Source: Leucoraja erinacea (Eukaryota). Taken from it: a DNA stretch of 64,000 nt. A program made the translations under genes and the position numbers. Positions 48,703-61,480 of this stretch are shown here, in pieces. The stretch lies in the NCBI RefSeq assembly GCF_028641065.1, contig NC_073389.1, positions 8,804,001 to 8,868,000 of the forward strand, read 5' to 3'. The notes beneath the pieces were generated by a model. It was not told the origin of the DNA and searched no databases. It was given only the letters and a program-made list of their open reading frames with translations. Position 1 is the first letter of the stretch; each line of letters starts with the position of its first letter.

Positions 48703-49232
48703 AGGGGTTGTCCCACTTGGGTGACCTAATTGGTGAGTTTAGAAGAGTTTGAACAAATGAGATGTTGAAGACCTCCTTCGACTATGTTGAAGACCAGCTT
48801 CGACTAGTTACGACTAGCTACGACTAACTTCGGGAAAATTGGACACCGAATAGTGGAGAGGGAAGACGACCTCCTTCGATCTCCTTCGACCTCCTTTCGA
48901 CATCCCTTAGAAAACGATGAAGGCTATCTACGACTACTATCGACTACCCTCGATTACTTACGACTATCATACCGACTTACTACGACTAAACCTACGAGTA
49001 AAAAAAGTATCGATTTTTTCCATGGCGACCTTTTTTACTCGCGGGCATTTTTTAACATATTGAAAAAACCGGCGTGACTTAGTTGAGGCCTCGAGTACGT
49101 GGAGACCACTCTCGAGCATGAAGGAGAGTTAGGAAGACCTCCTATGACCTCGTGTCGACCATGCTGCGAGTATGAGTTGAGGGCAAATCTGCCAGAACTC
49201 GCAGATTAGGTCGCCCAAGTGGGACAGCCCCT
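48703..49232. mobile_element. PIF/Harbinger-type MITE, subfamily A (530 bp), inside a Penelope 3' UTR
   Basis: TTA|aggggttgtcccacttggg...cccaagtgggacagcccct|TTA; many internal cgac(t/c) repeats. Confidence 0.88.
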
Positions 49233-50429
49233 TTAATCTTCATCTGTTTTACACTTCCTTATCTTTTTTAAGGCAGAGATAGATATATTCTTGATTAGTA
49301 CACATGTCAGAGGTTAGGGGGAGAAGGCAAGAGAATGGGGTTGGGAGGGAGAAATAGATCAGCCATGGCGGAGTAGACTTGATGGGCCGAATGGCCTAAT
49401 TCTACTCCTATTTCTTAACCTTATGACCTTATCTCTGTAATTCCCTCTCCACTGATGCAGTCTGAACCCAAAAGGTCATCCACTCATTCTATCCAGAGAT
49501 GCTGCCTGTCCCGCTGAGTTACTCCAGCATTTTGTGTCTATCTTCGGTGTAAACCAGCATCTGCAGTTTCTTCCTACACGCTTAATCTACAGGTTTGTTT
49601 TATGCTGACAATTTACAAAATGTTGGTTCTATTGTTCTGCAAGAGAAAGGGAAGAATAATTTAAAATCTGCGATGGAAATTAAATACCCGGCAGGCTATT
49701 ATATTTGAAGACAGTGTTATCATTCATGTCTTCAAATCATCCTTCCACCTCTGAACTATCACTCGCTGATGCTTACCAATTAGCGTAGAATTAGCTAAAT
49801 TCTCCTTTTGGCATTCCTTCTAATTTCAGCCTCGCCTTTTCGCATTGGCTGTTTTGCAACATTTTCACGTTCGTGCGATTGTCATCTTTGCAATGTTTAC
49901 CATTGGCAGTGACATCTACTCTACACCACCTCCTCATTTTAGATACCCAGCCAGCACCAAACGGATGTAACCGCAATGTGACCAGCTTGTGCGACTGACA
50001 ATTTCATCTGAAATAACGAACCTATCTGAATAAATCAGTTCCGACATTGCAAGAGACATACTTATCCAATAAAGAACCCAGAATTAATAATGAAGGCAAT
50101 ATTGCAGTATTAAAATTTTATTTTAAGAATGGCATAACTTAATCTTCTTTACAATGCTCTAAGGTGAACATGATCACAAATTAAGAATAGACTTAACATA
50201 TTTAACACCCTCATATAAGCACCTGATCTATTGTCTTATTTGCTATAAAGAACGTCATCCAGCGCTGTGCCATTGACTAGTTAGTTTATTGCCATATGCA
50301 CCAGGGTGCAATGAAATTTCTTGTACGCATGAAACGCACAGAGTACACAGTATACATGATAATGATAGATACAATAGTAAATATAATGACAAATTCAATG
50401 CCATGAAACATTGCCTGTTTGTTCCCTGA

Positions 50430-51435
50430 CTCAGTCTGGTTTGCTAATGACAATAAACTGGGTGGCTGTGTGGGTTGCGAGCAGGATGCTCAAGGGATAT
50501 GAGAGAATGGGTGAACTACGGCGGATGCAATGTAATGAGGTAAAAGCAAGGTTGTTACTGTTGCAGAAAGATACAATGGTTTAATTTTTTTTTAATGGTG
50601 AGGAATTGAAAGGTGTTGGTGTTTAAACGGGTTTTGTCGTTCTTGCTAACAAGTGACTGAAAGGAGGTGCAGAGAGCAATCAGGAAGGCAAGCAGTATGT
50701 TAGCCTTCGTTACACGAGGGTACAAAACTAAAGAGTAGTGCAATTATACGGTCCAGGTAAGACCCCACCTAGGATATGGTGTGCATCTGGTTTCTGTTCG
50801 TAACGTGCAAACTCCACATAGGCAGCACCCAAGGTCAGAATCGAATCTGGGTCTTTGGCACTGTGGGGTAGCAGCTCTACCAGCTATGCCACTGCTCTGC
50901 CTTTAATGTGCGATATGGAAATGATGTCGGGGGAGTTCAGAACCAGGGGTCACAGTTTAAGAATGAGGGGTAGGCCGTATAGGGCTGAGATGAGGAAACA
51001 CTTTTTCACCCAGAGAGTTGTGGATCTGTGGAATTCTCTGCCATAGAAGGCAGTGGAGGCCAATTCACTGGGTGTTTTCAAGAGAGAGTTAGATTTAGGG
51101 CTAAAGGAATCAAGGGGTATGAGGAAAAATCAGGAATGGGGTAATGATTTAGGATGATCAGCCATGATCATATTGAAAGGTGGTGCTGGCTCAAAGGGCC
51201 GAATGGCCTACCCCTGCATCTGTTTTTCTATGTTTCTATGATGTTGCCCCTTGTTGAGGAATGTAGAATCAAGGGTCACAGTCTTATAATATAGGGTCAG
51301 CCATTCAGGACAAAGACAAGAGGAATTTCTTCACACAGAGGATATAGATTGTTAGGAGTCAAAGGATATGCCAAGGTAATAGATGAGCCACGTTTTCTTG
51401 AATAGCTGAAGATGGGCTGAATGCCTTACTTCTGC
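50430..51435 (+). mobile_element. Old CR1 fragment with nested SINE piece and younger CR1 3' end (about 50920-51240)
   Basis: tttgctaatgacaataaactgg (FADD-like); FRTRGHSLRMRGRP...RVVDLWNSLP. Confidence 0.7.
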
Positions 51436-51914
51436 TTTTAGTTCTTTCATTCTTTTTTACTGCTGATATACTCACCTCTGCCTTCGTTACCTAAAGTTAT
51501 GACTATATCAATACTTAGATGGCCCAACTTCCCCCTCTCACCCACCACAAATTTCAGCCTAACCAAGATGCTGGAGCCCACATTGACTTATTCGCTCACA
51601 CCTCTACTTGGAGATCTGCAAAAATTCCTCGTCTGGCAACAATAATTAAAAAATCTCATTCCGCTCTCTCTGTGGACCTTCCCCTTTGTATCTTTGTAAA
51701 ATCCTTCTCCACTCTAAATCAGAGTTCACTGTCTCTTCCAACTCTGGGCTCTTATGAATCCACGTTTCTCTTCATTCTGGCAGTGGTGGCCACAACTTTA
51801 GCTGCCTAAACACCAAATCCTGCAACTCACCATCTAACGCCGACTCATCACCCATGGTTTTGTCTACCCCTCCCTTAATAATTTATTAGATGCATACCCA
51901 ATAGTGAATGGTGG

Positions 51915-52470
51915 TTTAGTTTAGTTTAGCTTAGTTTATTGTCTTGTGTACCGAGGTACAGTGAAAAGCTTTTGTTGCGTGCTAACCAGTCAGCGGAAAT
52001 ACAGTACATGATTACAATCGAGCCATTTACAGTGTATAGACACATGATAAGGAAATAACGTTTTAGTGCAAGGTAAAGCCAGCAAAGTCCGATCAAGGAT
52101 TGTCTGAGGGTCACCAATGAGATAGTAGTTCAGGACTGCTCTCTGGTTGTGGTAGGATGATTCAGTTGCCTGATAACAGCTGGGAAGAAGCTGCCCCTGA
52201 ATATTGAGGTGTGCATTTTCACACTTCTATACCTTTTGCCTGATGGGAGAGGGGTGAAGAGGGAATGGCCAGGGTGCGGCTCGTCCTTGATTATGCTGCC
52301 GGCCTTGTCGAGGTAGAGTGAGGTATAAATGTTGTCAATGGAATGGAGGTTGGGTTGCGTGATGGGCTGGGCTGCGTCCACAATTCGCCTTCTAAGGAAG
52401 TAGAGGCGTTGGTGTACTTTCTTGGTCATTGCTTCAATATGGATGGTCCTGGAGAAGTTGTTGATTATAT
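51915..52470 (-). mobile_element. Rex1/Babar LINE 3' fragment
   Basis: KKVHQRLYFLRR...IIKDEPHPGHSLFTPLPSGKRYRS...SFFPAVIRQLN; tail gacaataaactaa. Confidence 0.85.
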
Positions 52471-54113
52471 TGGGACGACAGATAGCACAATGGGCTAAGA
52501 GTTCGGCTGGCGACTAGAAGGTAGCCGGGCCTGTTTCCGTGCTTGGAGTGGTTATACTGTCGAATGGTGTCCTTGGGCAAGACTTAGTTCACCCACCTTT
52601 GTACCTGTAATGGAAAAGCTACGGCGGCAGGCGCGGGCACGGAAATACGCCCATGATGTCTCCCTTTCAAGAAAGATAGATACAAAATAAGGCATTTCGT
52701 TGTCTCTGTACTGTACAGCCAGACAATGACAATAAATTGAATCATCAGGGTTTCCAAAGAATTTGAAGTTTTCAGGACATCTCTCTGTTGTGGTAGGATG
52801 TCATTGAAAAGCTGGGGTAAAAAGCTGTGCCTGAATATTGACGTCCTGCAGTTTCATCACTCTATACCTTTGTCTTGCTGACATATTAAGACCATAATTG
52901 CCAGGTTTGAGCTCGTCCTTGTAAGGCCCTTGTCGAGACTAGCACAAAATGCAAGCGGAGAACACGTTGCGTGATCTTGTGGGTATGATTTATTCGCCCC
53001 TAAGGAGGGACACTTCTTTCAAGGTCACCTGCTCAATACGAGGGTCAAAGCCCTTTATATTAAAGGGGCACAGGCATTTACATATACATCACATCTCCCC
53101 CTTTATTTTAATTACAATTCTCCCCCTTCCCTTAAATTACCTCACTATCTCCTTTGTCTTGCTGACATATTAAACCATAATGATCATATTTCTTAAAATG
53201 ACTCATTTATATTATTTATTTCCTGGTAAAACCCCTGTGTAGCATCTTGGGATGTTTTTCATGAAATGCATTGTAAACTGTTGTTCGTTTTGTGTTGTGA
53301 GAGAATTTTTACTTTTGCTGTAGTAGAGTTCACTTGATTTGTTTGGCACACATTTGTTACAGTTGATTCTACTTTTTAATTTCATCAGTTAGCCATTTCA
53401 ATAAGCAGAATTAAAGACGTATACGATCAGAATGGCACAGCTGGTAGAGTGGCCGTCTCTTAGCTCCAGTAACTCAGGTTTAATCCTAGTGTTGGCTACT
53501 GTCTAGATGCAGTATGCATGTTGTCACTGTGACGACATGGGTTTTGTTTACATGTTCTTAATTACACAAATAAGGGTGTTGAAAAGCTAATTGGCCACTG
53601 TAAATTGCCCTTGGTGTGCATGTGAGTGGTGCAATCAAGATGGAGCTGATGGGGATCAGCGTTTATGGGTACAGAATGGGCTGAACGTTTATTGTGCTGT
53701 ATCCCTTTTATGATCCTGAATGAGCCATCACCTATCTTGATCGATGAAACCAGTGCAACATGTCGTAGAGCTCAATGCAATGCTGTGTGTTATTGATTTA
53801 GTACCAGTTCCTATTGGGCATTCATCCAATGAATCATCAGATGAAGCCCAAACATCTTTTCTCCTGATTTTGACCGATCAGCAAATTGTCAGTGAATTAG
53901 CCATCTTATATTCAACCGCCATTACAAAATATATGGTTGTTTCAGTATTAATGGGAGTTATAACATTCACAACCAATTAGCCTGTAAAAAATAATGTGCT
54001 GCAGGAATTTACCAGGCCAAGCAGCATCTGTGGAGGTTAAGGATAGATGACCCTTCTGCAGTCTATTCCCCCCGCAGAAGCTGCCTGATTTGCTGAGTTC
54101 CTCCAGCTCTTAA

Positions 54114-54366
54114 AGGGCCTGTCCCACTTGACCGTCATTTGCGCCTAATTTACTCGACATAATTTACGCATCACAACGCACGACACGCGCATCGTGACAT
54201 GCACGTGATGTGCGCAGGTGCGCATTACGCGCATATGGTGCGTGGTGACATAGGCAGTGATGCGTGGTCGCGCGCGGCATCCCAGGATTTTGTGTTGTAC
54301 AAAATCTTTGTGCGCCATTCGTCGCGTGCTGTGACGCACAAATGATGTCCAAGTGGGACAGACCCT
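54114..54366. mobile_element. PIF/Harbinger-type MITE, subfamily D
   Basis: TAA|agggcctgtcccacttg...caagtgggacagaccct|TTA. Confidence 0.85.
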
Positions 54367-55283
54367 TTATTTTTTACTCATGATTCCAGCAACTGCAGTT
54401 TCTCCTGTCTCCATTATAACGTAATCTGTACTTTTAAACAAATATTTAGTTTTCCCTATCTACACCTAATAGAGAAAATAAATTAGGTGACATCTTATAT
54501 TTGTGGAACTAATATTCTATCTGGCAAGGTAAACACAAACAGCTGGAGTAACTCAGCGGGTCAGACAGCAGCATCTCTGGAGAGAAGGAATAGGTGACGT
54601 TTCGGATCAAGAGCCGTCTTCAGATTGGGATAGATTCTGCAGGGCACCAATGATGAAAGCTGGTTATGTGGCTAATTTACAGCTCACCATCTGCTATCTA
54701 ATGAATGACTTTCATAATGTCTCTAAAAACGGAGCCACCACGGCAATGATAACTAATTGAGAAATCGTGGGCGATAATCTAGAGACTAAAAATCACAAGA
54801 ATATGAATAAACATTTGTTGATAGTTGCAGTCAATTTTTAAAGGCACATATGCTTGGAAAATAACGTGCAATGACTTGAAAGAGACAGAATGAATGGGAG
54901 AGTAGGTTACACCGCTGGATACTAATGTTCAAGCACTTAACATGCCGCTCTGCAGAAACACAAACTTATTTATATTGGAGGCTTCAAATAGCGGTGGGAG
55001 TAATTTCAGACCAACAAGTTAAATGGTTTTATATTATTAGCCCAACAACATCACATTATTACCTACAGTATGCGTTTTGGTAGGGAGATGAATTGTAGCC
55101 AAAGAGGTTTAATAAGTTTGGAGGTCTCTGGATGCTTTCAGTACAGATTAATATCTGAGGCCTTTAAGACTTTGCACATGCATTAATACTGCGCCCCATT
55201 CATTCAGAGCATGGATTATACACTCTGTAGGCTTCAGAAAGCAAAATAATCAATTCCACGCAACTAATCTGTGTGCAATGTTA

Positions 55284-55657
55284 AGGCTTGTCCCACTTTC
55301 CCGAGCTGCTCACGAATTCTCCCGAGTTTTCCCCTTGATTCAAACTTGGAGAATGTTCGTAACGGGTCTGTAGGAGGGCGTAGGAGTCTGGAGATATTTT
55401 GTAAAGGCTCGTTATGTCAGCTGTAGGTACTCGGGGCAACAGGTTTCCAACATGACAAAAAATGTCCACGAATAAAAAAATAGTCGGGAGGAGAAGAATT
55501 GCAACATTTAATGGCCCGAGTACCCATGTCTGACATAACGAGCCGCTACGATATATCTACAGACTCCTACAGACCCGTTACGAACATTCTCCGAGTTTGA
55601 ATCAAGGGGAAAACTCGGGAGAATTTGTGAGCAGCTCGAGAAAGTGGGACAGGCCCT
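55284..55657. mobile_element. PIF/Harbinger-type MITE, subfamily E-related
   Basis: aggcttgtcccactttcccgag...ctcgagaaagtgggacaggccct; long TIRs. Confidence 0.85.
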
Positions 55658-55661
55658 TACA

Positions 55662-55887
55662 TGCCCCTGTCCCACTTAGGAAACCTGAACGGAAACCTCT
55701 GGAGACTTTGCACCCCATCCAAGATTTCCGTGCGGTTCCCGGAGGTTGCAGGTGGTTGCCGGAGGTTGCAGGTAGAGGAAGCAGGTAGGGAGACTGACAA
55801 AAACCTCCGGGAACCGCACAGAAACCTTGGGTGGGGCGCAAAGTCCCCAGAGGTTTCCGTTCAGGTTTCCTAAGTGGGACAGGGGCA
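55662..55887. mobile_element. PIF/Harbinger-type MITE, subfamily B (opposite orientation to 11324-11559)
   Basis: tgcccctgtcccacttagg...cctaagtgggacaggggca|TAA. Confidence 0.9.
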
Positions 55888-56141
55888 TAAGGCTGCATTT
55901 AAATATGAAATGTTATAAAAAGAACACACATTTGCAGGTATCAGTGCCAGTGATGTAAATCATTTGAACCCTTAGCATGAAGAGGATTTAATCATCTTCC
56001 CACAAAATAAAAGAAAATTTTCGGGACAAGAGCATGATGGCTTTTAATAAAATTGCAATGTTGTAAATATGTTTTTTTGGATAATGGTTCACACGGGAGA
56101 GAGAGATGTGGTGAAGCAATACTGGCCCTCCTCAATTATAA

Positions 56142-56330
56142 GTGTAGGAAAGAACTTTAAACCGAAGATAGACACGAAAAGCTGGAGTAACTCAGTGCGC
56201 ATCTCTGGAGAGAAGGAATGGGAGACGTTTCGGGTCGAGACCCTTCTTCAGACTTCAGTCAAATGTCACCCATTCCTTCTCTCCAGAGACGCTGCCTGTC
56301 CCGCTGAGTTACTCCAGCATTTTGTGTCTC
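56142..56330. mobile_element. Palindromic Penelope pLTR pair
   Basis: Inverted arms; an intact hammerhead-like core lies on the minus strand at 56224-56251. Confidence 0.75.
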
Positions 56331-56454
56331 TCCTCAATTATAATATTGCCTCTGGAGCCCACGTTGTGACAGAACTTGGACCATGTGGTCCTCAGAGACC
56401 ATTCATGGACATTTCTGGGATGACGTGTCTGAGATTTGCTAGACGCCATTAAAT

Positions 56455-58055
56455 ACGGGTGAGGTACCAGAAGACTAAGGTAGACAAATCTCCCGGGCCT
56501 GATTAGATATATCTGATGACACTGTGGGAAGCTAGAGAGGAAATTGCAGGAGCCCTGGCTGAGATTTACGAGTTGTCATTAAATACAGGCGAGCTGCCAG
56601 AAGACTGGAGCGAGATAAATGTTGTGCCTCTATTCAAGAAGGGCTGCAGGGAAAAGGCTATGAACTACAGGCCAGAGGCTTCACATGTGTGGTTGGAAAG
56701 TTACTCGGGAGTATTCTGAGGGGTAGGATATACATGCATATACACGGGCTGAATACATGGCTTTGTACGTAGGAGGTCGTGTCTCACAAACCTGATTGAG
56801 TTTTTTGAGGATGTGGCCTAAAAGGTCGATGAGGGCAGAGGTATAGACGTTGTATGTATGGATTTTATTAAGGGATTCGACAAGATTCCGCATGGTAGGC
56901 AGCTCCGGAAGGTTAGATCACATGGGATCCAACGAAAGATAGCTGAATGGATAGAATATTGGCTTTATGTAGGGAAACAGAGGGTGATGATGGCATAGTT
57001 AGCAAGTTTGCAGATGACACAAAAGTGGGTGGTATTTTAAATAGTGAAGATGGCTGTCAAAAATTGCAGCAGGATCTTAATCGGGTGCGCATGTGGGCTG
57101 AGGAATGGTTGATGGAATTTAATACTGAGAAATATGAGGTGGTGCATTTTTAGAGCAATTTCGTTGAAAATGGCATCAAAGGTAGATAAGGTGGTCAAAA
57201 AGGCCTTTGGCACATTGGCCTTCATCAGTTAGAGCATTGAGTATAGAAGTTGGCAGGACATGCTGCAGTTATATAAGACGTTGGTGAGGCCACATTTAGA
57301 ACATTGTGTTCTGTTATGGGCACCATGTTATAGGAAAGATGTTGTCAGGCTGGAAAGGGTGCAGAGAAGATTTATGAGGGTATTACGAAACCTATGGGCC
57401 TGTCCCACTTGGCGATTTTTTAGTCAACTGCCGGTGACTGTCTTAGTCGTAGCAGGTCACCGATAAACCGGCGACAACCTACGTCATCCTGGCGACAACC
57501 TACGACAGCACCTACATCAGGAGAGGTCAAGATACGCTCATTGGCGTCAAACCCACTGTCGCTGAAAAACTTTCAACATGGTGACAATTTAGCGGTGACC
57601 AGAAAGACACTACGACTTTTTGCGTGACTGAGGAGACTACTCCCGGCGGCCACCGGTGAAGATGTGGCGACAAACTAGTCACCTGTAGTTGACTTAAAAA
57701 ATCACCTAAGTGGGACAGGCCCATTAGTGTGAGGTTGAGCAGGCTAGGACTTTATACCATGTAGCACAGGATGATGAAGGGTGATCTTATAGAGGTATAC
57801 AAAATAATACGCGGATTGATCAGGTAAACGCACAGTCTTTTGCCCAGAGTAGGGGAATCCAGAACCAGAAACATAGGTTTAAGATGAGGGGGAAAAGATT
57901 GAATAGGAAGCTGAGGGGAAAGTTATTTACACAAGGGATGGTTGGTGTATAAAATGGGGAGTTAGTTGAGACAGGTACTATCACAACATTTAAGAAACAT
58001 TTAGATAGGTACATGGATAGGATAGTTTAAAAGGGATATGGGCTAAACGCTGACA
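56455..58055 (+). mobile_element. CR1 ORF2 fragment with internal deletions; MITE subfamily C at 57395-57723
   Basis: DKSPGPD; NVVPLFKKG...NYRP; SKFADDTKVGG; LVRPHLEHC. Confidence 0.88.
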
Positions 58056-58629
58056 GTTGTTAGTTAGTTTAGCTTATTAACATGTACCAACCAACGTACA
58101 GTGAAAAGATTTTCGTTGCGTGCTATCCAGTCAGCAGAAAGACATGATTACAATCGAGACATTTACAGATACATGATAAGGGAATAATGTTTAGTGCCAG
58201 ATAAAGCCAGCAAAGTCTTATCAAAGACAGTCCAAGGCTCACCAATGGGACACAGATAGTAGTTTTTTCCCAGGACTGCTCTCTGGTTGTGGGCTATGCA
58301 ATTTATGATCAGCACCCCTGCCAAAAAACACTCGGCTTTCTCCAGGCGTAACCCGTGTCACCAAGGTTTTTTTGACATGCTTTATCCAATATGGGACATG
58401 TTGGTCGGCTGTGGGCAAGATTGGCCAAAAGGTCTGTTTCCACGCTGTATGACTCTATGACCATGAATGTAGGGTGCCAGACTGGGAATCCTCTACCTAA
58501 GCAAATAAATGAACACAATATCAACCGGCCTCAGTCATCATCACCAAAGCAAATACTTTGGTCATTTTCTCACCACTCCCTACCATGGACTGATGACCAT
58601 CCATTTATTTCCTCACGCTGCCTCCAATT

Positions 58630-59100
58630 AGAATGCAAGGCCAGCAGCTTAATCAAAGAACCTGGGTCGCACCTATTACTTGGCCACTTCCTGAGTGAAT
58701 GTAGACCAGAAAGCCCAACAATCTTCACTGTCCCCTTACCCTCCTTCGATGACAATATATTTTTTCCCATCAGGCAACACAATATCAACCGGCATAGGTG
58801 TGAAAATGCACACATTCAGGGACAGTTTTTTCCCAGCTGTTATCAGGCAATTGAACCCTGATCCAACCCACAAGTAGAGAGCAGTGCTGGCCTACTATCT
58901 ACCTGAATGACCCTCGGACTATCCTTGATCGCAGTTTACTGGCTTTATCTTGCACTAAACGTCATTCCATTATCATGTATCTGTACACTGTGAATGGCTC
59001 GAATGTAATCGTGTATTGTCTTTCCGCTGACTGGTTAGCACACAACAAAAGCTTTTCACTGTACCTCAGTACACGTGACAATAAACTAAACTGAAACTGA
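58630..59100 (+). mobile_element. Rex1/Babar LINE 3' fragment
   Basis: HTFRDSFFPAVIRQLN; tail cttttcactgtacctcagtacacgtgacaataaactaaactg. Confidence 0.8.
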
Positions 59101-59433
59101 ACCTGAAGGAGTTTATTCTGTAAGCTCAAATTTTCCCTACAATGGCACAGGAGCAATAAATGGTATATAAAACCGCTTTGGAATCCAGAATGGTGAGAGG
59201 AGTTATATAATCAATGTAAACATTTTAGTTATTATTGACTCAAATCATGCATGAAAATTGTGAAAAAATTCCAATATAAACTTTGAGAAATATTAAAGAT
59301 TAATGTTTATCCCAAAACACAGGGTCTTTTTATGAATGGTTGTAAAGATAAATCTGTATTCCTGCATAATTAACAGCTTGAGACAAGCATCAGGAATAAT
59401 AAGCACCAGACAAGGAACAAAACTCTTACTCAC

Positions 59434-59479
59434 AGGATATGGTTGAACCACTGTCAGAATGATTGATTCCTTGCAGCTC
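59434..59479 (-). CDS. FRMPD4: FRMPD4 internal coding exon, 46 bp (end of PDZ domain: (R)SCKESIILTVVQPYP)
   Basis: Minus strand ttccttaacag|GAGCTGCAAG...CCATATCCT|gtgagt. The peptide matches the vertebrate FRMPD4 segment RSCKESILLTVIQPYP as I recall it; ends in phase 0, compatible with the next exon. Confidence 0.9.
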
Positions 59480-59679
59480 CTGTTAAGGAAAAGAAACATA
59501 ATTTTGAATTATTTTTTAACGTTTATTGTTTATTTTGCCAGTTATCCACAGATTTCATATTCAAATCATTAGGAAAGTCACAGTTACTAATTTACTATGG
59601 CACATAGAGGACATTTGGCCCCTCAGGTACAGAGCAACCCCCTGTAACACAATCCCATTCCCCCTTTTATTACGTTCGA

Positions 59680-61062
59680 TCAGAAGGTCAAAATGAGAGC
59701 AGGAGATAGCTCTGGCAGATAATATTACAACGAGATTTTATGTACATTAAGGGAAAGAGGGTAAGAAGAGAGTGAACAGCACCCTCGGAAACCAATGCAT
59801 TCATCTCTGTGGGAAGCAACAGGAGATGGGCAAGGTCCACAACTAATCTTTCTCCTCTGTTGTTATTGTGGAAAAAGATATAAACACTGGGGAATGTGGA
59901 CAGTTATTGGAGATGTCTTGAGGACAGTCTGTATTACAGTCGAGGAGGTGTTGGATATCCTAAGGTATATGAAGGTAGATATATCTACTGGACCATATTG
60001 GATATATGAAAGGGCTCTGTTGGAATCTGGGGTAGAAATTGCAGGCGAGATTGATCAGACTTATCTGAGAACTCAGTGGGATGCCAGAGATGGAATTGCA
60101 GGAGCCCTCGTTGAGATATGTGGATGATCATCGGACATGGGTGAGGTGCCAGAAGACTGAAGAGTGGCTACAGTTCTGCCTCTATTTAACAAGAACACCA
60201 AGGATAAACCTCGGAATTATAGATCAGTGTGTCATGTGTGGTATCGTTGATAGCAAAGATGGTTATCAAAAATGACACCAGGACCTTGATCAGCTGGGCA
60301 AGTGGGATGAGGAATTGTTAGTGGCGTTTAATGCAGATAAATGCGGGGTGCTTGCAGACTAACTAGAGTAGGACCTTCACTACAAATGGCAGGCCCCTGG
60401 GGAACATTGTAGAGACCTTATTCCTTGGAGCCCTCAGAGGCTGAGTGGTAATCTTATGGAGGAGTATAATATCATGAGGGTAAAGATCGGGTACATGCAC
60501 AGTCTTTTACCCAGGGTAGGGGAATCAAAAACCGGGTTTAAGGTGAGAGGGAAAAGATTTAAGAGGGGGCATCTTTTTCAGAAGGAGAGTGGTGGGTATA
60601 TGGAACACGACGCCAGATAAGGTAATTGAGGCTGATGCTGTAACAACATTTAAAAGACAGTTGGACAGGTACATGAATAGGAAATGTTTAGAAGGATATG
60701 TGTAATAGACGGATAGGTGGGACTAGTATAGATGGGGAATTTTGATTGGCATGATTGGGCTGAAAAGCCTGTTTCCGTGACGTATCACTATGTGACTTTA
60801 TTTCCTGCATTTGCAGTTTATTCATTCTAAGAAACTAATAAATTAGTTAATAAACTAATAATAATAAACTAATAAACTAAACCTTGATTTTAGGTGTCAT
60901 GTTTTATCCTGGTGGAATTACAAATTACGGGTGTCAGGGGTTATGGGGAGAAGGTATGAGAATGGGATTAGGAGGGAGAGATAGATTAGCCATGATTCAA
61001 TGGCGGAGTAGACTTGATGGGCCGAATAGCCTAATTCTGCTACTATCCCATGACCTTATGAC
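59680..61062 (+). mobile_element. Decayed CR1 fragments
   Basis: ITVEEVLDILRYMKVD; recognisable CR1 3' UTRs at about 60700-60795 and 60925-61060. Confidence 0.7.
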
Positions 61063-61179
61063 AAGCTTGGACTTACTACCACAGAGTGACTGAAGTAACT
61101 GGTAATTTGGGTAATATTAAATAAGTTGCTGAAGGATAAGGAAAGCTACTGGCTCAGACTCTATGGACAAGTGGCTCAT

Positions 61180-61480
61180 GTTTAGTTTAAAGGAAGAGGC
61201 CCTTTGGCCCACCGGTCTGCGCCGCCCAGCGATCCCCATACTAGTACTATCCTACACACACTATGGATAATTTACACATATACCAAGCCAATTAACCTAC
61301 AAACCTATACGTCTTTGGAATGTGGGAGGAAACCGAAGATCTCGGAGAAAGCCCACGCGTTCACGAGGAGAACGTACAAACTCTGCTCAAGCAGCACCCG
61401 TAGTCGGGATAGAACCCGGGTCTCTTGCGCTGCTAGCGCTGTAAGGCAGAAACTCTACCGCTGCGCCACCGTGCCGCCCG
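61180..61480 (-). mobile_element. HE1/V-SINE
   Basis: Reverse copy ending ctaccgctgcgccaccgtgccgccc. Confidence 0.85.

Noticed and set aside
48780-49000. Short cgac(t/c) repeats with variable spacers, superficially CRISPR-like
   Set aside because: Irregular internal repeats of a MITE in a vertebrate genome; no constant repeat/spacer length and no cas genes.
58060-58400. Scrambled Rex-tail/CR1 sequence suggesting a novel composite
   Set aside because: Better explained as a Rex/Babar tail nested in a CR1 3' UTR with locally poor consensus quality.
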